Below, in pieces: positions 1 to 11,039 of a stretch of DNA of 34,198 nt. The notes beneath the pieces were generated by a model. It was given only the letters and a program-made list of their open reading frames with translations. It made no database searches and was not told the origin of the DNA. Each line of letters opens with the position of its first letter. The first letter of the stretch is position 1. A program made the translations under genes and the position numbers. The stretch is from Sphaeroforma arctica JP610 (taxonomy: Eukaryota), in the NCBI RefSeq assembly GCF_001186125.1, contig NW_014040265.1, positions 36,164 to 70,361 on the forward strand, given 5' to 3'.

Positions 1-612
1 ATCGCCTTTCAGTCGTTCACAAAAAGGATTGGTTTTAGGGGTTTAAATACTCGTATATACTTTCAAAAAAACAAACGTGAAAAAGAAGGTGATTTTGGGA
101 AACGTAAAAAATGTAGGTGATTTGTTTTTGGGAATTTTTATGGTAAATCTGCCACACACAAAAACAGTGTATTTGGGACATCAAGTGGACAGCCCGAGCG
201 GCCTCTGTCGTGATTTTGGTATACTACATACTTTGCTGTGTATACTGGCCACGTCTGCGGCCAATAAAAAAAACGCTGGGGACATATGTGGCGTCCTAGC
301 CCGCCCATTGGCCTGTTGGAACAACAACCGGGTGTGTGCTGAGTAGATGTTTGAACCCTACGTGAGCTGCTGACTTAAAGAAGGATTTTTTTTAAAAGTA
401 TAAATCACTAGCCAGCCTTTAGTTTTAGTAGTTAATCCTTTGCTGTAGTAAACTGTGCACTGAGTTTACTACTGATAAAAATATTCGAGGTAGATGTTTT
501 CTACCTTGATTACCAGTGTACGAAGGACCCTGTTATAGTGTCTAGGACCTACTATAGTGGGTCGTGAATACATGACCAGCCTAGGACCCCCATGTGTGAA
601 AGTCCTGAGTTA

Positions 613-1424
613 TGTTATAAACGCACTCTTAAGCAGTACGTAAATTATAAACGTACTCTTAATAGTACGAGGAACTTAAGTTTCCTAAATGTACTCTTAA
701 TAGTACGAGGAACTTAGTCTCCTAAATGTACTCTGAATAGTACGAGGACTTTAGTTTCCTAAAATGGTTTTTAATGGTTTTATTAATTAATACCTTTTCC
801 CTTTTACATATCAGATATTTGGACGACGCCACTAAAAGGCCTCAGTAAAATACCAAACATAAAGAGTTGGTCTAGTTCTATTAATAGAACTTCATTTACT
901 TTCCAATTTTATTTATATCTGAATACTTCGGTAGCGAGATGGCTCAACCGAATATAGGTTTCTAGGGACTATTAATGTTACCTAGTTGATCCTCCGATCA
1001 GCCAACCAGATGTGCCAGTCTGATGAAGGCTAAGTCGGTAATTCTTGATAGTGGCAAGTTACTTGTTAAGACACTAACTAAAGACATCAAGAGTATTTTT
1101 GTTTCTATTTTTTTCTTCTAAAGATAGGATTTTATGAGTCTCTCGGATTCGCCCCAGTGAAACATACCATAGTTTCTAATAGAGCGACAACGAAACACTA
1201 AATAAAATCCCTTCGGCGGAAACAGTACCGAGAGGATTATATATAGGCAATGTCTTAGCCTCACAATCCCTCAGAGTATTGCTGTTTTCACGAGGCATAC
1301 CTAACTTTACTAAAAGTCTCATTTCGTTTATTTACTTTGATATTTATACGATACTTAGAATTGCCCTACGCGTTTATTTATTCTAAGGCATTAGTATCGC
1401 CTTTATTAGACCGAATCTTACACA
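613..1424 (+). repeat. 5' LTR
   Basis: Starts TGTTATAA and ends TTACACA. Collinear and highly similar to 7256-8035, with one extra copy of an internal ~38-bp repeat. Confidence 0.9.
649..760 (+). repeat. LTR-internal tandem repeat, ~38 bp x3 (x2 in the 3' LTR at 7292-7367)
   Basis: Unit AAATGTACTCTTAATAGTACGAGGAACTTAAGTTTCCT read directly from the sequence. Confidence 0.9.
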
Positions 1425-1546
1425 TTTAAAAGTTATCAAAGGTATTAGTAACTTATACTTAAGCGTAAAGGTAGATTAACAACCACAAAATGTTTCTTAT
1501 CCAAGCTAGTCCTTAAGAGACAAGCTAGTAGTCCTAAGTTAAGATT

Positions 1547-3288
1547 ATGACCAAGAAAGACAATACTCCTTCTAAGAAGCGTAAAGCTGAAAAGAAGAAG
1601 ATGGAGAGAGAAGCCACAAACGCTGCCGCAGCTACTGCGGCCGCATAAGCAACCGCTGCCGCTGCTGATGCGTTTAACCGCACTGTAGCCGAAGTACTTG
1701 CCTCTGACAATTCATATAAGGATGTAGCCACTTCGCTTAAGGAGACTACTCCCACTGATACAGCCCGAGGGCCAACTATTGCCTCAACTTCAAAGCTTGT
1801 ATTTACGAAGCCAAGAAGTGAGACAAGGGACACGACTCAAGACGCCCCAACCCATTCTTCTGACGAAACTCAGAAAGGAAAGTCCCCAATTATGAGGGCG
1901 TCCCCAATTATAGGGGACAAGGACAAATCTCAGAAGGAACCTATTTTAGAACCAGAAGAGGAGGCAAGCTCAAGTGGCAAACCCAAATTTACGTCCGAAA
2001 CTACTAAGCCAACGCGCATAAGTAAGTTAATTACTGAAAACGCCGATCTTAAGAATCAGTTAGCTACCATTATGAAAGACTTGACTGTCGAACATGTAGA
2101 TCAATTATATAGATCAGGAAAACATACACAGTACTTACGCGAGCATGTTTCCCCGGGCATTACTGAAGCCCTACAGAAGTGGATAGAACGTCGACAGGCA
2201 ATTACGCCCGAAGAACGTAAAGACTCAAGCGCTACGCCTGAGGCATATGAACCAGATGTGCTCAGCGTATCTATACCGTACGAGGCACTACCGTCAGAAG
2301 TTCAGGCTAATTACTCGCCTGTTCTGACACCCGGCCGTGAGTCACCCGTCCTCGAGGGTATTATAGACCCAGAGGCAGGTAGAAATACTCCAGCACTTTT
2401 ACCCAATTGGGATGACAATCGTCGGAAACCAGTTAAGACTGGGTATGTTATCCAGACGCACGAGAGACGAATGATATCGCTCCCCAGCAATGGATCTCTG
2501 CTTTAATGCAGACATTTGACCCTACAGGTACAAGTTATTTGATCCTGCAGCGACACCAGCATGAGCTGGACACTTGTCGTGACTGGCTAGCTGTGTGTTG
2601 GTTGGTTACATCCTTGTTAAGTAAGGACATGCGTAGCCCTGGACTGAGTTCAATTTTAACTGAACCAGCTCAGAACACGCCCATTCAGAGTTATATTCTG
2701 AAGCTAGATGCTGACCTGAAACGTCCAGATATACCAAAGGACAAGGCACAGCGATGGTACGAGTTCCTGGTTATGCACGAGTTCTGTAAGAACATAGGGA
2801 ACAACGACCGTGAGAGCCTGTACACCGAGTTGTGACGTAAACACGCGACTGAGGCCCGAGACAAGGGATATGAAACAAATCTATCCCGACTTACGTGGGA
2901 ACAGCTTTATGATACTGTATCCACCCTTTTCCCCGCACATCGAGTAACATCAAAGGGAAAAGCGGCTGTTAAGAAGCCGCGAGAACACACCGATTACGGG
3001 TACGTATCCAGGCAGACCTCAAACGAGAGACCCCAACATACACGTGCTCGCGACTCCACTCTATCCACGCGACCCAATAAACGGGCACGCGCGGGAGCGA
3101 AGAACATGAAACCTCCATTTAAGGAGATCAAGAAATGTTCCGACGCACAATTAACCCCTAACGGTTATTGGAATGGCATACATGCATCCACTTGTACACA
3201 CTTTCTTACTAAGTGTGACAAGTGTGAGAAGACCAATGGCTATCACACTAAGTCTTGTGACAGAAAGCCCAACATTAAGTTGGAGTGA
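1547..3288 (+). pseudogene. gag: gag-like ORF (disrupted) ending in a Cys/His zinc-knuckle-like motif
   Basis: ATG at 1547 is in frame with ORF 1892-2506 (stop ~1646). A frameshift near 2460 leads into ORFs 2506-2835 and 3106-3288. C-terminal HASTC...CDKCEKTNGYHTKSC. Located between the 5' LTR and the protease. Confidence 0.7.
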
Positions 3289-3633
3289 AGGTACTACCAG
3301 GTACAATCATTACACAGACAATACAACGACTCTTTAGATGAGCGTGTAATAATCCCTGTATATTGCAATGGAAATAAAATCCTTGCGTTGATTGATCCTG
3401 GTTCAGAAATATCATGTATATCCGATCGCTTTGCATTAATGAAAGATATCGAAGGGAGAACACAAACAACTCACCTCATGTTAGCTGATGATAAAACTGC
3501 TAAAAGTGATACCATGGCCACAGATGTTAAAATATCCCTGGCCAATGATAGGAATATCACTACCCAAGCTGTGATAGTTAAGATGTCACAGAAGTACGAC
3601 ATTATAGTTGGAATGAGTGATTTACTCACTTAG
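3289..3633 (+). pseudogene. pol: retroviral-type aspartic protease domain
   Basis: KILALIDPGSEISCI (D-[S/T]-G motif reads DPG here) and YDIIVGMSDLL flap-end motif. In frame with the end of gag. Confidence 0.8.
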
Positions 3634-3767
3634 GTATAACCGTAACTGATCTACCAACTAACATAGATCCATTAAAGGGTCAATCAGACGATAACTGTCT
3701 GAATCCATATAAGCCCCCGTCCGACACAGTCAAGGCATTAATACCTGACTTTGCGAGAAAAAAAATC

Positions 3768-5150
3768 ATGGATCTGATTCTAGTTAATAAGAAGAGAAAG
3801 ATCACAGTTTGGGCCAAATTCCGCTTTAACGACGGATATGTCAGCCTTGACTTAACCAAGGTGGACTTTACACAGTTAAAGTGTCCCTCAAGGATCTATG
3901 TATCCTGGAGACACGAGGCTGTGGTAAAAGAACAAGTTGAGAAATGGCTAGCAGATGGTGTGATAGAAATTAACTATCAACAAACGCCAGTTAACTTGGG
4001 ACTGCTAGCCGTAGACCGACATAACTCTGACGGATCGTTTAAGAAAGTCAGAGTATGTTTAGATATGAGTCCAATAAACAAATTATTACCGACTCATAGC
4101 TTTCACTTACCTCGTATTAACGAGCTACTGCGAAGGATGGAAGGTGCTGCAGTATTTACAACTATAGACCTTACACAAGGATACCATCAAATGCAGGTAT
4201 ACGAACCACACCGTAAATAATTTAGCTTTACGTGGAAAGGTAAACAATACCGGTTCAGAGGTGCACATTTCGGGTTACACTCTTTACCAGCATTCTTCTA
4301 ACAAGTAGTGGAAGAATTTTTTGCAGACATGCCTAACGTGCAAGTCTATATAGATGACATAGTCATCTTTTCTAAGACTAAGGGCGAACACGCCGCATTA
4401 GTCAGACGAGTCCTTAAGAGACTCAACGAGCAACACTTCAAGATTAACGAGAAGAAATGCCACTTTGCAATGAGCGAAATACAGCTCTTAGGCTACCATA
4501 TATCTGGGGAAGGTATTAAAATCGACCCCGGTAAGGTAGCACACCTGTTAGATTGGCGAACACCAACTACAGGAAGAGATGTTAACAGCATATGTGGGTT
4601 TGTAAACTTCTTTTCAGATGGAGTACCACACTTAGCTGACTACCTTAAACCTTTTGGACACTTAAGATGTCATAAAGGCAAACTAGGAGACTTGTGGACT
4701 AAAGAGTGTGATGACGCATTTAAAGCGCTCAAACACGCAGTCCAACAAGCCCCAGTTGTACAAGGACCAGTCGATGGCGTGCCGTTTGAAATAGCAACGG
4801 ACGCCTCCGACTTAGCCTTAGGAGGAGTATTATATCAGGTTATAGATGACAAACCTAGATATATACAATTCTTTAGTCGAGCAATGAATGCTTCACAGTT
4901 GAATTATCCAACTGTTAAACAATAGCTATTAGCCATAGTGGCAGCTCTAACACACTTCCGAGATTACTTATACGGAACAGCATTTACGCTGATGTGTCAT
5001 CAGAGATCTCTTCAATATATGAAAGAGATGAAACCCGACTCACAATTACTGAGTCGCTGGCATGATACAATATCAAAGTTTCATTTTGATATAAAACATC
5101 TGCCAGGAATACATAACCATTTACTGGATATGTTATCACGCTTCGTACCG
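3768..5150 (+). pseudogene. pol: reverse transcriptase and RNase H domains of Gypsy pol (in-frame stops ending at 4220, ~4301, 4925)
   Basis: RT motifs RVCLDMSPINK, LPRINELL, FTTIDLTQGYHQM, YIDDIVIFS and LLGYHIS. RNase H motifs FEIATDASDLALGGVL, FFSRAMN..Q.NY and HLPGIHNHLLDMLSR. All in one frame. Confidence 0.95.
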
Positions 5151-5186
5151 GACTTTAATAAATCCGTACGTGAGTTACTAGCCACT

Positions 5187-5513
5187 GACTGGAAGTGTAA
5201 TCCCAGGTGGTTTGAACTGGCTCAAAAGATATTTGGGCCACATACCATAGATATGTTTGCTGCACATCATAATGCACAACTATCGAATTACAGGACTTTA
5301 AATCATCCTTTGGGAGACGCCTTTGAAATAGACCTCTCCAAACTTAATGCGTGGGCTAATCCACCTTGGCAGTTAATTACCCAGCTATTAAATTATGTTC
5401 ATATACATAAAGCTACCATCACGTTGTGTTGCCCATTACGGAGTAAGGATCCATGGCTCAATAAATTGATATGCATATACAATGCGAGCCAATATATTTC
5501 GATAGGAAAGTAG
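5187..5513 (+). pseudogene. Dam-like DNA N6-adenine methyltransferase domain (DIRS-type MT) within pol
   Basis: DWKCNPRWFELAQKIFGPHTIDMFAAHHNAQL...DAF...WANPPWQLITQLL...ATITLCCP...PW. SAM-binding-like DMFA at 5250-5261 and catalytic NPPW at 5358-5369. No stop between RNase H and this domain. Confidence 0.88.
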
Positions 5514-5666
5514 ATACTTTCCTATATCAGGGTACCCGAGCCGTCCAGAAGACGCCCCGGAGACATACTATTATGTCGTATAGGTCCCATTGGAACAACC
5601 AAATGGGCCCCTTCTGAGACCTTCCTTAACAAGATCAAAGAATCAGAGATTCCACTCTCTACCCAA

Positions 5667-7163
5667 TTGAACGTTAAGCAGTTCAAAGGCAACACAGCAT
5701 TTAACGTCTGTGCACAAGAAATACAATCTACTAATGACACTGTTAAGAAGCGTCAGTCTCTAGCTAGGACTCTGTTTAATAACATAAAGTCCAAGCCCGC
5801 GGTCTTTCAAACCTTATTTTTAAAGGGATTAATGAAAGACAATCCTGAAGCGTACACACATATAATGCGACTATTTAATAAGTCAGGTGTATCTAACGCA
5901 CATGAGCGCATTTATGACGCTCATGTAAAAGCAGGACAGGAGTCTGAAAACACTACAGACTTAGAGACCACGCAAGTGGATTCTCAACACCCTACCTTTA
6001 TTCTGGAGGAGCAGAATGATAAAAACATTATTGCTTTGCTGACGCAAAATTATAAGCTGAAGCACCAGAACGTAGTAGACGCACTTAAAGATGCTAAGCG
6101 ACATGGGATCGCGCACCCTAAACTGGCAACTTTAGTTGACAGAGTATATCAGTCATGTACAGACTGTGATCTCAATCAGATCAAGCGCTATGGGTTCGCA
6201 CCGCTTAAGAGTGTGACTGAAGATGTTGCATGGCGCAGGGTCATCATTGATCTGATTGACCTGCCCACGTCCGAGCACACAGGCGACCGTTACATATGCC
6301 ACTTCTTTGATGTGGCGTCACGGTTTAACTTGCTCTATCCATTAAAGGATAAGAATACGCAGACCGTGGCAGAATTATGTTGCCAAGTCTTTGCTGACCA
6401 CGGGTGGCCAGGTATTATGTGCACTGATAACGGTAGTGAGTTCTGCGATGACGTAATGGAATCGCTAGTACTCGTATCAGGCATATGCCATAAGAGAGGT
6501 GTGCCATAAAAGCCGCAAACGCAAGGCGCGAATGAAGCGCGCCATAGACGACTTAAGTTCTTCTTGCGTACTGCATTAACGGATGATGCAGATGATTGGC
6601 CGTACCACCTTAAGTGGGTACAAACACAGATGAACGAGTGTGCTGATCCGGTTACAGGAACAAAACCCGCTCACTATTTTCGTGGCAGATATAGTGAGCT
6701 ACAAATACCCTTTAACAAGGACGAACCTGAACACCATGAGTTACCATGGTTAGAGAAGGTCCAACGTATTTATAACGTTGCATATCCTTGCTTGCGAGAA
6801 ATACGCAATATAGCCTTATTTAAAAAGCAAAAGCATTGGAACACTACCAAAAAGATAGCAGAGTATCAGGTTGGTGACAGAGTTAACATCCGTCAACGTA
6901 ATTCCGATGCTACTGTATTGACATCTAAATGGATAGGTCCATATATAATCTCTGTAGCAGACACTAAAAGTGGAACGTACGAGGTAAATAACCCCGATGG
7001 TTCTAGTGCGCTTAATATAGGCACAAGTCGTATTCCGACTACCGATATTATACTCGCAAGAAGACATGACTCTAATGCCCCTCTTGATCGTTCTGAATTT
7101 GAAGCCAAAAAAAATGGAGAACGGATATGGGAGGTTATACATACTATCGTACACGCTTTTTGA
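5667..7163 (+). pseudogene. pol: DDE integrase with GPY/F domain and possible chromodomain remnant
   Basis: Zn-binding-like H...CTDC; WRRVIIDLIDLP; D-ASRF; TDNGSEF; PQTQGANE after the stop at 6507-6509; KWIGPYII; terminal ERIWEV. Same frame as RT/RH/MT. Confidence 0.92.
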
Positions 7164-7255
7164 CCCATAATCAGCTTGAGTGAGCAACTTGCTTCCCATG
7201 AGTTTCAAAGCTGGGTGAGGGCTGTGAATAAGCCGGGCCTCCACATTAGACTCTA

Positions 7256-8035
7256 TGTTATAAACGTACTCTTAAGCAGTATGTAAATTATAAACGTACT
7301 TTTAATAGTACGAGGAACTTAAGTTTCCTAAATGTACTCTTAATAGTACGAGGAACTTAAGTTTCCTAAAATGGTTTTTAATGGTTTTAATAATTAATAC
7401 CTTTTCCATTTTACATATCAGATATTTGGACGAGGCCATTAAAAGGCCTAAGTAAAATACCAAACATAAAGAGTTGGCCTAGTTCTATTAATAGAACTTT
7501 ATTTACTTTCCAATTTTATTTATATCTGAATATTTCGGTAGCGAGATGGCTCAACCGAATATAGGTTTCTAGGGACTATTAACGTTACCTAGTTGATCCT
7601 CCGATCAGCCAACCAGATGTGCCAGTCTGATGAAGGCTAAGTCGGTAATTCTTGATAGTGGCAAGTTATTGGTTAAGACAATAACTAAGGGCATCAAGAG
7701 TATTTTTCTTCTTCTTTTCTTCTTCTTCTAAAGATAGGATATTTATGAGTCTCTCGGATTCGCCCCCGTGAAACATACCATAGTTTCTAATAGAGCGACA
7801 ACGAAACACTAAATAAAATCCCTTCGGCGGAAACAGTACTGAGAGGATTATATATAGGCAATGTCTCAGCTTCACAATCCCTCAGAGCATTTCTGTTTTC
7901 ACGAGGCATACCTAACTTTACTAAAAGTCTCATTTCGTTTATTTACTTTGATATTTACACGATACTTAGAATTGCCTACGCGTTTATTTATTCTAAGGCA
8001 TTAGTATCGCTTTTATTAGACCGAATCTTACAACA
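7256..8035 (+). repeat. 3' LTR
   Basis: Starts TGTTATAA and ends TTACAACA (7/8 inverted-terminal match). Direct repeat of 613-1424. Confidence 0.9.
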
Positions 8036-8304
8036 GATGGATGTTTATTCTTTGATTCCAGGAGGGACCCTGCCAGATGTCGTGGCCAAAAGCCCGGCGA
8101 CAAGGTGCCCATCTTATGAAGGTGCAGGTGCAAGTTGATCAAGTCACAATAATAAAAGCGCAAATTTCATAGCCGGTTTTCAAAATTGATTTGTTCCTAA
8201 TAGATTGCAATTTTTTTATTTACTTTTTGAAATTGAAAACAATGTTCTGGTAATGAACATTACCCTAATCTACTATGCAAAAGAATGGAATTCAACCGCA
8301 TTGA

Positions 8305-9600
8305 TTGACAATATACCTGCACGATAGTGTCCGAGAACCAATAAAAAACTTCGTTACCTACAGCATAATGGCATGTTATCATCACTTCAATAACTCCTCA
8401 AAGAATAGTGATGCAAATCCAGATAGTCGATGCAAGGAATCGATCACTTTACTACATACTGATACTCACAAGAATACATACGCGACGTAAGGAACCTACC
8501 TTATATGAACTGGATGAATCTTCATTTGACATATAAAAGGATATTCGATTTTATACTTCAGGGACAGGGATTCGTGACTTGCTTCTGTCGGCGTACTTCT
8601 CATGAAATCCATCGATTTCTATAGTATTTCTTTTAGGAAGGAGAATATCGATCATTTGTTTAAAGTTAACTAAGGTAACAGCTATCACATTGTAATTCAA
8701 ATGACGAGTTTTACAATATATCCGCAGCCGATCGATTATTCGATCCTATACGTATGCTGCGCGATATTGAATATCCAAACAACTAGATGATTACTTCCCG
8801 GTGCACTTACTTCATCTCAAGACGAAGGTAAAACCATTAATTTCACCTTCACAGCCAGCCAAATTATCAAACAAAGAAGAAGAGAAACATTGTGTCAAAA
8901 GTATGATGCCCAAGGGTATACAAGCACACAACCTTGGTAATCGGCTGACCTCTACGGTCCAGACAATTGCACAGCTCTTTGGGACAAACCAGCATAGAAC
9001 AGTGTGATATTTGCAATCAAAGCAATAGTTGTGTTTTAAGATGGAATTCGCATGATACAAAATCATAGATATGTGAGCAAGAATGTCGCATTTAAGGCAT
9101 TCTTTGTGGGTCACAAAGGTACAGTGACACCAGTGGCATTCTTATTGTTAACTAACTACCTTCGTCTCCGTATAACACCTGAGCAACGTATCGAATACCA
9201 CAATAAGTTGCAGCATGCTGTACTTTATCATGGATCTGTATTTATAATAGAGTGGATGAAACATTAACGTCCCTTGAGTGTAGCTGCCGGATAGGCGGAC
9301 GTGCAAACAGGGGTCTGGCTATTACTACAACATCTTAGAGAACCAGATACCTACAGCAAAAGGCATAGTGGCAGAAACTGTACCATCTACAACTGATCAC
9401 TATCTTATGTTATTTCAAAAACAAAAGATACATGCTCAATACACGGACCAAAGTTTACATACTCCATAGCTGTTACCGAGGAAAGAAAGACGGAGAGGTG
9501 GTTAACAATGGCGTGACAAAGATCATGTGCGTCCAGCGCGCTATCAAATCAACAGAGATACGTCTTAGTGTGGTGATGCGCACATAGGTATGACAACTGT
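8305..9600 (+). mobile_element. possible highly degenerate Mutator (MULE)-like transposase relic
   Basis: Fragments FVGHKGTVTPVAFLLLT...IEW (9052-9267) and DKD...QRAIK (~9515-9548, frameshifted) loosely resemble the MULE DDE core. No TIRs found. Confidence 0.3.
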
Positions 9601-11039
9601 CTTGCGGAAGGTAACATATAGGCCTACTTTAGTCCCTACGGTTGCTATGCCCACTGCATCGACCCACATCATATGCTTTCGATGTGAGCAATCACAGATT
9701 CATCAAAATGTTCCATAGCAACGGACAGGGAAAACCCATAGTCCAAAAAAAAATTCTAATAACAATTCAGGAACTACCTTGTATGGTTGCACTTTGTGCT
9801 AATACGCATCTCCACTAACATGCGTCGACTTTACACGAAACGCTTGTGCTTCTGATGAATAGTCTGGATTTCCTCAACAACTTAATCAGCTCTCGGGAGT
9901 GAGCTAACTTTGATGTTTTTATTATTTAAATCTGAGTAGGTTGCTTGCTGTGAAATCAGATTTAATATCTGCAGTCTGCCATACATCTAGATTTACAAGA
10001 ACACCTTATGACCATCAAATATCGAGATGGAGCAACGCATTAGCAAGCTGGTGCCGTTTCTCGTTTAGCACATTTTCAGAATCGACAACACATATATACT
10101 AAAGTATCCTCTTTAGGAGTTGATGTTCACAAGCATTCGTGCACGCAACTTCTCATGTAAGTCCGTAATCAGCAATAAGCAAAGCAGATACAGTTGTTCC
10201 ACATACAGCTCGATACATAATTTACATACAATCTTACAGGGAGCTTTGATAGACACCTCACCAAATGCACTGAATTTATCCAAAACTATAATAACTCGTT
10301 TCTTTCAAAACATGTCCAGCAGCTTTTTGATTATCAGTTTATCAGTTCCACAAACACGTAAAATTACAATTTCTAGCCTTGCTCTGCTACATTAATGAAT
10401 TTGTTGTTGTTCGATCACGTAACAGTCAATTCCCAAAGAAATTATATATATCGGATGCCTGGATCGTCTCGGAGGTTGCCACCAAAACCCTCCGCTGGCG
10501 TAAAAATAATATCGCCTGAGAGACTACAATAGTAGACGTATTTCTATATACGTTAATAACGTTTTACGTCGTCAGCCCGAGAATAATTTGGTACTTGTTC
10601 TCAAATTAATATAAGTATAAGTGGGTCAGCCCGAGAGAACGTAAGAGTAATTTGAGACTTCTTCTCAGATTATTTTATTTATAGAATACGGGCCACCGGC
10701 TAGCCGAGAGCCGAGGTCCGAGACTGAGTGTAGTAACAGAGAATATGATATATTTATTTCTAGAAAATATATCCGAGTGCTAAAGTGTTCTGCATAAGGT
10801 TTCTCGTACTGATCATATGAGATTTTACCCTGGCCTACCCAAGTGGTTGAACACTAGTATAAACACCATCAGTATATAACTGAGGGTGAGATCATAAATA
10901 AATTCATTCGAATGCACCATACTTTAGATACACTACACTTTACTATTAGCCCCCCACACAGCACGCTAACAACTCACTTCTCCATTTATTCACATGCTTT
11001 GCCAACACTTCCGTCCAATAATTCCGCAAGAAATAATTC

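Larger units (their letters stand above)
613..8035 (+). mobile_element. Ty3/Gypsy-type LTR retrotransposon (degenerate) carrying a Dam-like adenine methyltransferase domain
   Basis: Two ~0.8 kb direct repeats flank gag-PR-RT-RH-MTase-IN. Integrase lies after RNase H (Gypsy order). There are multiple in-frame stops and two frameshifts (~2460, ~3630). Confidence 0.95.

Noticed and set aside
77..346. 89-aa ORF at the window start
   Set aside because: It has a non-ATG start in a eukaryotic context and no recognisable similarity.
490..532. Loose resemblance between the left flank (GATGTTTT...TTGATT.CCAG...GGACCCTG) and the right flank 8040-8072
   Set aside because: It is too gapped and short to call a duplication by eye and is not positioned as a TSD.
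649..760. CRISPR-like palindromic repeats
   Set aside because: The units are head-to-tail without unique spacers, lie inside LTRs of a eukaryotic element, and no cas genes are present.
6816..7244. Antisense ORFs in the retroelement (also 1534-1833, 5522-5740)
   Set aside because: They are shadows of the sense gag/pol frame with no recognisable motifs.
613..8035. Classification as a DIRS element because of the MT domain
   Set aside because: It has a protease, a DDE integrase and direct TG...CA LTRs. No tyrosine recombinase or inverted/split repeats were seen.
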